Shown piece by piece: positions 8,385-17,879 of a DNA stretch of 32,000 nt (the stretch's first letter is position 1; every line of letters begins with the position of its first letter). The DNA is from Pyrodictium abyssi (GTDB taxonomy: Archaea > Thermoproteota > Thermoprotei_A > Sulfolobales > Pyrodictiaceae). Location: the NCBI RefSeq assembly GCF_036323395.1, contig NZ_AP028907.1, forward strand, positions 480,001 through 512,000, in the 5' to 3' direction. Below the pieces are notes generated by a model. It had not been told where the DNA came from. It worked only from the letters and a program-made list of their open reading frames with translations, and ran no database searches. The position numbers and the translations under genes are program-made.

Positions 8385-11384
8385 ATGCATGGGGTGGTGT
8401 CCTGGATGGCCTTGCACTATACTGGTATAATCCCCGCACTAGCTGCCCTCGTCTACACGACTGCACTGTACATGCTACTCCGCCGCGATATCGGCACAGC
8501 GTCTAGGCTGGTGAAGTGGGCTTCTATGTTCACGGTGGCGGGCTGGCTAGTATACCTGGTCCCGTTCGTTACGCTAGACTATAGCCTGGAAGAGGTCTTC
8601 TGGAACACAAGTCCCGGGCTCCCCCTCTGGATGAGGATAGCGTCGGCGTGGGCTGGCGGCGGTGGCAGCCTCTACTTGTTCGCGGCAATATCGGCAATAG
8701 CCACGCTCTATATTGCCCGTGGCCTAGCCGAGGCCAAGAAAAAGGATGTACTGGTTACCGGGGCAGCAGTAGTGACTCTGGCTGCTATAGTGGGCGCGTT
8801 TGCTAACGGCGCCTTCAGCGTCATGGAGGAGCGCCCTGCTAGTGGTGCGGGGCTTAACCCGCTGCTGAAGAGCCCGTGGCTCTACCCGCACCCCCTCAGC
8901 ACCTTCGGCGGCTACGCGCTACTCTCAATAGGCATGGTGGCGCTCCTCGCAGGCCTACGGCGCCGCGGCCTACTAGTCTACGAGCTTGGCTGGGCCCTCC
9001 TGACTCTCGGCATAATGCTGGGCGGGTACTGGAGCTACGAGACCTTCGGCTGGGGCGGCTACTGGGCCTGGGACCCCGTCGAGACAAGCGAGCTAATGGT
9101 GTGGCTCGCTGCTACACTGCTACCCCACGTCATGGTGGCTGTGCCGAGCCTAGCCGCGTTCACCGAGTACCTGACCCTATCTAGCGTGTTCCTCGCGATG
9201 TACGTGACGCGTAGCGGGCTCAGCCCGCTACACAGCTTCGCCGCGGCTAACCTAGGCGTGGCTATGCTACTAGTAGTTGCTCTAGTAGCGCTTTTCCTAG
9301 CGTTCCGCCGGCTAGGCGAGCTCCGCTTCCCCGGGCTAGATAGGGTGAAGAGAAGCCCCCTCCAGGCGGGCATGCTAGCGGCCACTATAGCGCTCTTCGC
9401 GGCAGCAATATTTGTCTACGCTACACTGCTCCTCCCGTCAATGCTCACAGTGGTAGGCGTCGAGGCTACAGTGCCGCAGATGCAGAGTGGTGTACGCTAC
9501 TTCCACCCCGTGCTATACCCGCTACTAGTAGCTATGCTGGCGGCGATACCGCTAGCGTTCATAGGTGACAGGATAGGATGGAGAGGCTACGCTGCGCTGC
9601 TAGCGGCGACGTCTATAGCCTCGGTTGTAGCCGGCGCTGCAGCGCTCAGCGGCGCTCTCATGCTGACTCCTCTCAGCAGTAGCGCGACTAACGCTATGAT
9701 GGCCTTCGGGCTCCCCTGGGCAGGCCTTGCCGCTGCAGCAGTACTACTCTACATAGCCTTGCGGCTACGCGGAGGCAAACTCGTATCGGAGCGCATGACT
9801 GCTATCAGTCTGCTACACCTAGGCCTCGCAGTCACCGTCATAGGTGTACTGCTCAGCGGTACGCACTCGTTCAACGAGGCCTACTTCATAGACGCTAGCA
9901 TGAAGCCCGGTGAGCCAGTCATCCTACCAAATGGCCTGAAGATAGAGCTGGTCGGCTACGAGTTCGAGCTAAGTAACTCCACGGTGGATATATACACGGG
10001 CTATGCGGGGCGCTCGCTCAGCTACATACTCGCCTGGGACGCGCTAGCAGCTCTAGCCTCGGACTACAGCAAGAAAATAGAGCAGGTGCACGAAGCCGAG
10101 AAGCTGCTAGGATCCAACGAGACACTGCGGAGCCTTGCTGAGCTAGCTGCAGAGACGCACATCTCCACAGTCAACGGCAGCATCGCCATAAAGGGCGCCG
10201 CCAGGGTAACCGGTATAGACATGTTCACGGGAGCCGAGACTCCAATAGCAGATAGTGCTGACATAACAATAGAGCTCGTAAACCCGAGTGTCACAGTAGC
10301 GATAGAACCCGTGCAGGACAGCATGGGTAGGGTTAAGTCAGCCAGGTTCCGCCTCTACGTAACAGCCGATGAGGCCGCCGTAGCGGGGCTCCCAGGAGGC
10401 AACATTACGGCACGGACGGTGCTCGACGTCACGTTCGCGGAGCCGGTACGGCTTACAGTGGGCAGAGTATCGCTAGAGATAAGCCACGTGTACGTCCTAG
10501 CGATGGCAACGGGGTCGACCGGCCACCCTGCTGTAGAGCAGCGCGACGGAGTGCTCGTCTATAAGCCAGCTCTACTGGTCCCAAGCGGCAGCATGGAGGT
10601 AGGGGCGCTAACCGTAGCAGTCCCGCTGGACGTGCCGGCCAGCATGGCAGGGTACGTGGAGAGCTGCCGCGACCCGCTGCTCCAGAGGCTGCTCGGGAGC
10701 AGCCTAGCAGAGGCACTCGCCAACGGCGCAGCGCTAAAGGCTCTAAACCCGCCCGATTGCCGGCCAACAGCAGAGACCCCCCATGGAATCTGCCCCGGCT
10801 ACATAGATGTGCCCCACACAGTCCCGGAGACAGCGTGGCTAGTCCTAAAGCTGCGCATAGAGCACGGCGGCGACGTCCGCGAGGAGACCGTTAGGCTACG
10901 CTTCGAGTCATATGGAGAGGTTCAGGGCATACACGGCCTAGTAACCAAGGTCATACACCCGCGGGTAGGGCTTACGGACGTCTACATAGCCATACACGCG
11001 CCAGTAGTCACACCGGACTGGGGGGTCACCGGGTACCACGAACTGCTGGTATACTATCTCCACGCCGTATACCAGTCGATGAACCTAACGCCTGCCCAGC
11101 GCATAGCTCTAGCAGCCCTGTTCGCGTCAGGCTACATGATGGATACCGCATCGTCGATAAACGATAGGATGCAGCGCAGCCTATTCCTAGAGCATGCTGC
11201 TATCGAGCTCTACCTGCTAGCGGAGGACTTCAGCCCCGAGAACTCGACTATAGCCAGGCAAGGGCTCCCTGTCCAGGTTAAGCTCGTCCCAGGCGTAGCC
11301 CTGGTATGGTACGGCGCCGTTATGATGGCCGTTTCGGCTGTCTATGCTGCTGTTGTTGCGGCCTATACAGCGAGGAGGAGTTAG
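8385..11384 (+). CDS. ccmF: CcmF-like cytochrome c heme lyase / heme-handling membrane protein
   Basis: 999 aa. WWD-type heme-handling motif 'TFGWGGYWAWDPVETSELMVWL', multiple TM segments, a large extracytoplasmic domain and a final TM 'VALVWYGAVMMAVSAVYAAVVAA'. Directly downstream of the Trx-CcdA fusion and upstream of multiheme cytochromes. Confidence 0.88.
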   Translation: MHGVVSWMALHYTGIIPALAALVYTTALYMLLRRDIGTASRLVKWASMFTVAGWLVYLVPFVTLDYSLEEVFWNTSPGLPLWMRIASAWAGGGGSLYLFAAISAIATLYIARGLAEAKKKDVLVTGAAVVTLAAIVGAFANGAFSVMEERPASGAGLNPLLKSPWLYPHPLSTFGGYALLSIGMVALLAGLRRRGLLVYELGWALLTLGIMLGGYWSYETFGWGGYWAWDPVETSELMVWLAATLLPHVMVAVPSLAAFTEYLTLSSVFLAMYVTRSGLSPLHSFAAANLGVAMLLVVALVALFLAFRRLGELRFPGLDRVKRSPLQAGMLAATIALFAAAIFVYATLLLPSMLTVVGVEATVPQMQSGVRYFHPVLYPLLVAMLAAIPLAFIGDRIGWRGYAALLAATSIASVVAGAAALSGALMLTPLSSSATNAMMAFGLPWAGLAAAAVLLYIALRLRGGKLVSERMTAISLLHLGLAVTVIGVLLSGTHSFNEAYFIDASMKPGEPVILPNGLKIELVGYEFELSNSTVDIYTGYAGRSLSYILAWDALAALASDYSKKIEQVHEAEKLLGSNETLRSLAELAAETHISTVNGSIAIKGAARVTGIDMFTGAETPIADSADITIELVNPSVTVAIEPVQDSMGRVKSARFRLYVTADEAAVAGLPGGNITARTVLDVTFAEPVRLTVGRVSLEISHVYVLAMATGSTGHPAVEQRDGVLVYKPALLVPSGSMEVGALTVAVPLDVPASMAGYVESCRDPLLQRLLGSSLAEALANGAALKALNPPDCRPTAETPHGICPGYIDVPHTVPETAWLVLKLRIEHGGDVREETVRLRFESYGEVQGIHGLVTKVIHPRVGLTDVYIAIHAPVVTPDWGVTGYHELLVYYLHAVYQSMNLTPAQRIALAALFASGYMMDTASSINDRMQRSLFLEHAAIELYLLAEDFSPENSTIARQGLPVQVKLVPGVALVWYGAVMMAVSAVYAAVVAAYTARRS

Positions 11385-11435
11385 AGCGCCTGACGAGAAC
11401 GGTTCTAGCCTTCTTCCCCGGTGGACACGTATTTT

Positions 11436-11510
11436 TAATTAATTCTGCTCGATAATAATTTTTATTTGTTTCGGAGCCAATGATATTAAGTACTCCCAGG
11501 AGCAATCATA
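11436..11510 (+). promoter_or_regulatory. AT-rich putative promoter region upstream of the 11544 ORF
   Basis: 'cgtatttttaattaattctgctcgataataatttttatttg' stands out against a GC-rich background. No mapped TSS. Confidence 0.35.
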
Positions 11511-11543
11511 CGATAGACGGCGAGTGGCGCGAGGAATCCGGCG

Positions 11544-12527
11544 ATGGATCGCACGAATCTCGTTATTCTAGTGTTACTCGTGGCCTTGGCGGTCTCAAAT
11601 GCGGCATGGATAACGCTATACAGTCACAGCAAGTACAACGTGGAGAACCTAATCAGCGAGAACCAGAGGCTAAGCCGGCAGCTAGAACTACTCGCTAGCA
11701 GGGTGAAAGAACTAGAAGACAACAACACAAAACTCCTGCTCCAGCTCCGCGACATAAGCGACCATTACAAGAGGCTCCTAGACCTAATACAACAGGCTAA
11801 CAGCACAATAGCGAATGCAGCCGTCGTGGCCAGGCTACTGGATAACATAAACGCGAGCCTAACAACGCTATACATGTACACCAATACTCACGCATACTAT
11901 ACCCCCAACGTGAGGAGTCTATTCACGCCGGGCACTGTAGCAGACCTAGTAGTGCCGATAACCGGGCATCCAATGTACAATAGGGAACATGCGCTCGAAG
12001 ACATGAGGAAGATGTATGACTGGGTGCAGGAGAACATACAGGACGCAGTGGACCACAACTTTGTTGCAATAAAGAGGCCGGAATACGTGGACATAAACGG
12101 TGCGAAGTACTTCTATAGCTTCCAGATAGACATAGTGGATAACTATATACAGTCACCGTCGGAGACCCTACAGCGCTTGGCAGGCGACTGCGAGGACCAG
12201 TCCATACTGCTAGCATCAATGTACAAGGTCTACCTGGACAATGTCGGCGACGCGTGGACGCTCTGCATGTTCTCGGAGAAGTACGACCACTGTATAGTCG
12301 TGGCCTGGGTGGCCCCCCAGAAGAAGTTCGTGATAGCTGATCCCACGCTGGACTACTATGCTGAGGCGGATAGTCTGCGCAGTGCTCTAGACGACTGGCT
12401 AGCCTACGTGGGGATGGAGATGAAGCAAATCCATAGAATGATAGTATTCAACAATAAAGACTACATAGAGGATGTGTCCTACAACGTGATACACGCTCTC
12501 GAGGAGAAGACTAGCAGACAAAGCTGA
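11544..12527 (+). CDS. Membrane-anchored transglutaminase-like (papain-like fold) protein with coiled coil
   Basis: 327 aa. N-terminal TM; heptad-rich 'NLISENQRLSRQLELLASRVKELEDNNTKLLLQLRDI'; catalytic-type Cys-His-Asp elements 'LAGDCEDQSILLASMYK' ... 'KYDHCIVVAWV' ... 'IADPTLDYY'. Confidence 0.8.
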   Translation: MDRTNLVILVLLVALAVSNAAWITLYSHSKYNVENLISENQRLSRQLELLASRVKELEDNNTKLLLQLRDISDHYKRLLDLIQQANSTIANAAVVARLLDNINASLTTLYMYTNTHAYYTPNVRSLFTPGTVADLVVPITGHPMYNREHALEDMRKMYDWVQENIQDAVDHNFVAIKRPEYVDINGAKYFYSFQIDIVDNYIQSPSETLQRLAGDCEDQSILLASMYKVYLDNVGDAWTLCMFSEKYDHCIVVAWVAPQKKFVIADPTLDYYAEADSLRSALDDWLAYVGMEMKQIHRMIVFNNKDYIEDVSYNVIHALEEKTSRQS

Positions 12528-12541
12528 GGAGGTGGACGGTT

Positions 12542-13276
12542 ATGCCCCGTATGGCCGCTAGCCTGGTCGCTATAGCGATAATCGTGCTAGCGAGCATCGC
12601 GACGCCTACACTAGCCGAGCAGACTATAAAGGTGAAGGTCTACCACGCTGAGCTAGGCCCGTTCATCCAGACGCTAGCCGATGGGCGCAGGATAGAGGTA
12701 GAGATAGACGTCTACTACCCTGACACACTCTTCTACAGAGGCCCCGAAGAGGGCCTAGGCACAGTGAATTTCACGATAACAACCAACTGGACCGGGCCGT
12801 GGGACGGCATAGTAACAGTGCAAGTAGTAGACCCGGGGTACCGGATTGACCCCACCACGCTCAAGCCTGTAGAGTCTATGAACGCGTGGGCGGAAGGGGG
12901 AGGCACTATAGGCACAGGGACTCTCCACATAGCAAGCGGGGCCTATACCGGCCCCGTCAAGAACGTAACTGTCGTCGTAAGGCCGCACTCGCGCTACTTC
13001 ACAGCGCCCGCCGGCGACTATGTCGCCCAGTACTTCTTCAAGGTGAGGCTCGCCTTCTTCAAGCCTAGCGGCAGCAAGGTGCTAGGTGGCGACGTCAACG
13101 TCTACACCGATAGCCAGACAGCGCCCGCAGTCAAAGTAGTCGTCATAAAGCAGCCTAAAGGGGACGAGGGCCTAGCAAGCTCGGTAGCGCTCAACGCTGC
13201 TATAGCTGCAGCAGTTGTAGCAACAGGGTACGCGGTAGTCGAGTATACCCTAAGGCGCAGGAAGGAGAAACACTAG
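12542..13276 (+). CDS. Secreted protein with signal peptide and C-terminal membrane anchor, unknown function
   Basis: 244 aa. Signal peptide 'MPRMAASLVAIAIIVLASIATPTLAEQ', beta-rich body, C-terminal 'SVALNAAIAAAVVATGYAVVEYTLRRRKEKH' (TM plus basic tail). Confidence 0.7.
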   Translation: MPRMAASLVAIAIIVLASIATPTLAEQTIKVKVYHAELGPFIQTLADGRRIEVEIDVYYPDTLFYRGPEEGLGTVNFTITTNWTGPWDGIVTVQVVDPGYRIDPTTLKPVESMNAWAEGGGTIGTGTLHIASGAYTGPVKNVTVVVRPHSRYFTAPAGDYVAQYFFKVRLAFFKPSGSKVLGGDVNVYTDSQTAPAVKVVVIKQPKGDEGLASSVALNAAIAAAVVATGYAVVEYTLRRRKEKH

Positions 13277-13570
13277 TAGCCCCAGGCCAGCCTCCGGGGC
13301 GCCCCGCCAGGTTATCCAAGTGTTTTTACCCCCGGGCTTCGAGGGCGGCCGTTCCCTACTCCTATGCGGCGTACCCCGTGACGACGGGCTCTCTTGCGGG
13401 ATGCTGTCCATGGTGTCGTAGTCATCCCAGCTCCCCGGCCTGTGCGGCCTTTGTCGAAACACTGTACTAGGGTGCTCTTCTACTCTTGGCTTATTTATCG
13501 CGAGTTGAAATGCATTGACCGTTCCTGGACGGAGACAAGATTTTATTATAGGATTCAAATATCTTGCTCG

Positions 13571-13602
13571 CGGAAAAAATAATAAATTAAATTTAAATAA
13601 CA
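13571..13602 (+). promoter_or_regulatory. Putative archaeal BRE/TATA promoter for the octaheme cytochrome gene
   Basis: 'cggaaaaaataataaattaaatttaaataaca', strongly AT-rich, 45-75 nt upstream of the 13648 start. Confidence 0.5.
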
Positions 13603-13647
13603 TGTAGAACCCATAGTGAACGTGGAGCAACAGAGTATGGTGAGAGG

Positions 13648-15636
13648 ATGCAGAAGCCTCTAGCCAAGGTAGTAGTCTTTTGGGTGATATCCATCTTCCT
13701 CCTCCCCAGCCTAGCGCCCCTAGCGCAGGCAGCGACATACAGCTGGGGCGAGGAGATCAGCCTCTCCGGTGTACAGCTCACGCAGGAGTCCAAGGACTGT
13801 GTAGAGTGTCACATGCGGGCGACACCCTTCATAGTGTACGACTGGTACAAGAGCAAGCACCGCATGGTTGGCGTGGGCTGCTACGAGTGCCACAGCGCTA
13901 AGCCCGGCACAAGGCCCGACGTCTACGAGCACTACGGCTACTACATAACGACACTAGTGACGCCTAAGCAGTGTGGCCGCTGCCACCCTGCGATAGCAGA
14001 GGAATTCCAGAAGAGCGTCCACGCGTTCGCCGGAGTACACGCCTACGTGCTAAAGGAGGAGCCAGCATACTGGATGATCCTGGCGAAGCAGTTTGGCTGG
14101 GACGAGCACTTCAAGGTACCAGCCGAGTACATTGAGACCGAGTGGGTACCCAAGATAGTGCGCGACTTCGTGGGTGACCAGAAGTACGGTAAGGCGGTGC
14201 TAGAGGAGGACCCGACCAACGCCATAATACCGTACAACCCGCTAGGCCTAAGCATTGACAACTACGTTGCCCAGAAGGCACTCTACATCTGGGGCATACG
14301 CGGCTGTCTAGGATGCCACGGCGTGCGCATGGACGTCAAGGACGCGTTCGCCTACCCGAGCCTAGACGAGCTAATGAAGTACATGAAGGAGGGCAAGGCC
14401 CCCGAGAAGGTAGTATACGACCCAGCATTCATGCACAACCACGGCATCGGCCGTGTGAACCCCGACGGCAGCCTAGGCAGCTGTGAGGCGTGCCACCCGT
14501 ACCACGGCTTCAGCGTAAAGATAGCCAGGAAGGGCGCCTACCAGGCATGTGGCCGCTGCCACACCGGCCCCGACCACCCGAACGACGAGCAGTGGAGCAA
14601 GAGCGTCCACGGCGCAATATTCTGGGGCGAGGCTGAGGACTGGGACTGGGACAAGCCGGTAAACAACTGGATGCCAGGCCGCGACTACAGGGCGCCGACA
14701 TGTGTAACCTGCCACATGGCCGCAGTGTTCAACGAGCGCGGTCAGGTCAAGTACGCTAGCAGCCACGACGTAGCCATAATAAGCAAGTTCAAGCTAGGCA
14801 AGTGGGTCTACACGCTACCACGTGTAGCAGGCCTACCCGACTTCGCCATACCGACAGCCACTGCGACACAGGCGCCGGTGTTCAAGAGTCCGACAACCGG
14901 TGACACAATAACGCTAGTATACCCAGAGCCCGACTGGAAGGTGCGCAGACAGAGAGCAATCGACATGTGTGCCCAGTGCCACACCAAGGAGTATGCAGCT
15001 GCATGGCTGAAGACCTACGACTGGATGATAATACTAGTAGACTACATGAGAGACGAGTACGTGCTAACCATAGCCAACATGCTGAAGGCTAAGGGCCTGT
15101 TTACGCCAATGGACGAGTGGATGGTGAGGAACCTAGGCGCTATGGCCAACAGGCCTACCAAGATGTCTGCAGCGCACTTCGGCCCCGACTTCACCTGGTG
15201 GGAGGGCATAATGCACTTCGCCGAGAAGATAGAGGAGTGGCTAATCGACGTCTACGAGAGGCCTGCTGTAGCCAAGAAGGCGCCAGAGATACGTGAGAAG
15301 ATTGAGGAGATACTGCCATGGTTCAGGGAGCAGTGGGAGGGCGAGGGCAGCACTGGTACAGTTCACACCCTAGCAGAGGTGAAGACAACTCTAGCTAAGG
15401 CCGTCGAGGTACCGGGCATGAAGGCCTATGCGGAGAAGGTGGAGAAGCTAGAGACGCCAGCTAAGCCACTAGTAACTAAGGCTGCTGTAACCACCGTAGG
15501 CGAGGTAGGCGAGCACAGCCTAGCACTACCGGGCGATGAGGCCAGTGTGGAGATGCCAGTGGCTATCTCTGCTGTGTTCCCGGCAGCGCCTCTACTACTA
15601 GTACTAGTGTCCTTTAGGAAGCGTGTAGCAGCCTAA
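13648..15636 (+). CDS. Octaheme c-type cytochrome of the hydroxylamine oxidoreductase (HAO)-like superfamily, C-terminally anchored
   Basis: 662 aa. Signal peptide; exactly eight CXXCH motifs (CVECH, CYECH, CGRCH, CLGCH, CEACH, CGRCH, CVTCH, CAQCH); post-heme-8 motif 'HFGPDFTWWEGIMHF' resembling the HAO-like 'GPDY-W-HG' region; C-terminal hydrophobic stretch followed by RKR. Confidence 0.88.
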   Translation: MQKPLAKVVVFWVISIFLLPSLAPLAQAATYSWGEEISLSGVQLTQESKDCVECHMRATPFIVYDWYKSKHRMVGVGCYECHSAKPGTRPDVYEHYGYYITTLVTPKQCGRCHPAIAEEFQKSVHAFAGVHAYVLKEEPAYWMILAKQFGWDEHFKVPAEYIETEWVPKIVRDFVGDQKYGKAVLEEDPTNAIIPYNPLGLSIDNYVAQKALYIWGIRGCLGCHGVRMDVKDAFAYPSLDELMKYMKEGKAPEKVVYDPAFMHNHGIGRVNPDGSLGSCEACHPYHGFSVKIARKGAYQACGRCHTGPDHPNDEQWSKSVHGAIFWGEAEDWDWDKPVNNWMPGRDYRAPTCVTCHMAAVFNERGQVKYASSHDVAIISKFKLGKWVYTLPRVAGLPDFAIPTATATQAPVFKSPTTGDTITLVYPEPDWKVRRQRAIDMCAQCHTKEYAAAWLKTYDWMIILVDYMRDEYVLTIANMLKAKGLFTPMDEWMVRNLGAMANRPTKMSAAHFGPDFTWWEGIMHFAEKIEEWLIDVYERPAVAKKAPEIREKIEEILPWFREQWEGEGSTGTVHTLAEVKTTLAKAVEVPGMKAYAEKVEKLETPAKPLVTKAAVTTVGEVGEHSLALPGDEASVEMPVAISAVFPAAPLLLVLVSFRKRVAA

Positions 15637-15891
15637 GGGGGCGGTGAGGGCTGGGGAGGAGACCCTCCCCTCTTTTTACCGCGGCCTAGGCCCCTCCTGC
15701 GCCCCTATCGGCGCCGCCGTGAATCCACCTCGGCCTGTCTTAATATTTGTGTTCGTTAGCCTCTGGCAGCGTGTATACGTCTAGCCGATAGCCCTGGCTC
15801 GGGGCTGTTTCTTAGCTGGAGCGTTGGCGTCGAAGCGTTTAGCTTTATCAAGGGTTACAGATGCTCTTGACCACTGGTAGGGGGAGGCTTA

Positions 15892-17772
15892 TTGTACTGG
15901 GAGCCCGTGCTGTACCTAGCTCTGCTGTCCGAGGCTGTTGCGGCAGCACTTGCTATCCGCAGGGGGATGTGTGAGGGCTATGATAAACAGCTCGAGTCGA
16001 GCCCCATATACCGTGTAGGCTTTGTGCTTGTGTTGATGTCTTTTATCCTCGCTATGCGCTTCGACGTGATGGTGACAATACCCAGCCTTATGCTCCTAGC
16101 TTCCAGCCTAGCTGTACTAGCCGGAACCAGGCTCAGAGCCAGGATGAGCCCGGTTGAGGTACTTGGCTCGGCTATAGCGTTCTACTCTTTCGCACTTGCT
16201 TCACTTGCCGCCCGCGGCGCAGTGCTTGACATAGATCCGCGTGGTAAGGGGCTGCTGCCCTGGATTCTGGTGGCGCTTTCGGCTGGGCTAGGCCTCTTGT
16301 CGGCTCTATCTACGCTAGAGAAGCCCCGCAGGGGCATAGCTGCTTTCATGGGGCTGCTAAGCGGCGTGGGCCTCGTGGCTCTTGGCTACTGGCTGCTCAT
16401 AGAGACGCGTGTCGGAACGCCATTGTACAGTGATGCTCTAGGCTCTGCACTGCTTGCTCTGCTGCTCACCGGCGTCGCTATAGCATCTGGGCTGTCTCCG
16501 TACCTCGTCATGGCAGCTGGTATACTGGCCGGTCTCTTTGCTAGCCGCTCGCTACTGGCAGGCGGTGTGCCATACATCGCGTGTACTGGTAACTGTGGCT
16601 CGCTCGCTGTGGCGTGGCTTATCTTCTCGGTTATCGTGGCTCTGCCCCGGCTATACCTAGAGGCTGCTGAGATGCATGATAGGATACGCTCAGCGGACGT
16701 AAACGTGGCCCTATCACCCCCTGTGCTGGCATCTGCTTCAGTGCTTGCCGCTGGGATTGCAGCGTGGGTGGCGGCTCAAGGCACTGTGGGTATAGCCCCT
16801 ATGGCGGTCGTTGGTATACTTGCTGCAGCTGCTGCTGTCGGCTCTGCTGCCGTAGCTGTACTCCTCGTTGGGGGCGCTGTTGCTGTCTACAGCCCGGTGC
16901 TAGGCCTCATCGCGGCTGCTGCTGTAGCTCTTGTATTCACAGTGCTGCGGGGCCGAAGCATCGGCTTCTTCTCGGCCCCGAAGAGCGTCCTCCCCGGGCT
17001 ACTGCTCGTAGCCGTAGGGCTTGCAGCTGGAGGCTACATCGTCGCTACCCTGGGCCACGTGTCCGAAGCCAAGGCGTCTATTGAGGTGTCCGGCCTAGGC
17101 TCCCTGGCTCCCATACAGCCGCCGAGCGATGAAGCTACCCATGCGTTCTTCCAGCTCTACCTCGGCGTCAAGAACGAGACTATACTCTACGCTATCCTCG
17201 AGCCAACTGTGGGTGAAGAGGAGGCTCTAAGGATGGTTGAATTTGTCCATGCTATCAGGGTTGCTGCCGAGAAGAGAGGCATCCAGGACCCCTACAATAT
17301 AACCGAGCTTGACATACCACGCGAGATGCCGAGCCTGAAAGCGGTACTCGATGTTAATGGCATGCACGTCCCCGTGGAGATACCTGCCTCTAGTGTACTG
17401 TACGGCCATCCCTTCAATACTAGGGTCATCCAGGCTGGGCTAGACCTCGTCTCTGTAGGGCTTCCCGGTAATGCTACGAGCGCGCTGACTAGCGCCTACC
17501 TTGGTATGATCTCTGACCCGGGCCTCGTGGATGGGGATGCTCTGCGCTACTCCTTATTCGCGGCCATGGCTGTTAGCTGGAGGGAGACGGGCTCGCTCAA
17601 CATGACGGCTCAGCTGATGTTCGACATGTTGCTGGGCAACGTTTCCGGGTCCGGCACCGTAGTGGCGGGTGTTGATATTGCTAGGGCTCCGTTAGGGGTG
17701 CTAGCGCTAGCAGTATACGGGGCGTGTATAGTTGCCGCTCCCTTGGCTCCTATTTTTGCGCGCCGTAACTAA
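15892..17772 (+). CDS. Large polytopic membrane protein of unknown family with an extracytoplasmic C-terminal domain and a final TM
   Basis: 626 aa, TTG start. Many hydrophobic segments up to about residue 390, then a soluble domain ('HVSEAKASIEVSGLGSLAPIQPP...'), then 'ALAVYGACIVAAPLAPIFARRN'. Sits between two multiheme cytochrome genes. Confidence 0.7.
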   Translation: MYWEPVLYLALLSEAVAAALAIRRGMCEGYDKQLESSPIYRVGFVLVLMSFILAMRFDVMVTIPSLMLLASSLAVLAGTRLRARMSPVEVLGSAIAFYSFALASLAARGAVLDIDPRGKGLLPWILVALSAGLGLLSALSTLEKPRRGIAAFMGLLSGVGLVALGYWLLIETRVGTPLYSDALGSALLALLLTGVAIASGLSPYLVMAAGILAGLFASRSLLAGGVPYIACTGNCGSLAVAWLIFSVIVALPRLYLEAAEMHDRIRSADVNVALSPPVLASASVLAAGIAAWVAAQGTVGIAPMAVVGILAAAAAVGSAAVAVLLVGGAVAVYSPVLGLIAAAAVALVFTVLRGRSIGFFSAPKSVLPGLLLVAVGLAAGGYIVATLGHVSEAKASIEVSGLGSLAPIQPPSDEATHAFFQLYLGVKNETILYAILEPTVGEEEALRMVEFVHAIRVAAEKRGIQDPYNITELDIPREMPSLKAVLDVNGMHVPVEIPASSVLYGHPFNTRVIQAGLDLVSVGLPGNATSALTSAYLGMISDPGLVDGDALRYSLFAAMAVSWRETGSLNMTAQLMFDMLLGNVSGSGTVVAGVDIARAPLGVLALAVYGACIVAAPLAPIFARRN

Positions 17773-17879
17773 ATTAAATGAATAATTGTTTGTGCTGAAT
17801 GTATCGATATTTTTGAGACAAAGGCTAAAAGTATTGTCAATGCTTTTTCCTATAAAACCGGCGGAGGGGTGAAGCCGCC

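Noticed and set aside
8876-10767. ORFs nested in the CcmF-like gene (8876-9184 +, 9059-9385 -, 10064-10324 -, 10453-10767 -)
   Set aside because: They lie entirely within the strongly supported 999 aa gene and have no motifs.
13250-13738. 162 aa minus-strand ORF overlapping the AT-rich promoter and start of the octaheme cytochrome
   Set aside because: It overlaps the cytochrome promoter and signal peptide region, has no motif, and is composition-poor.
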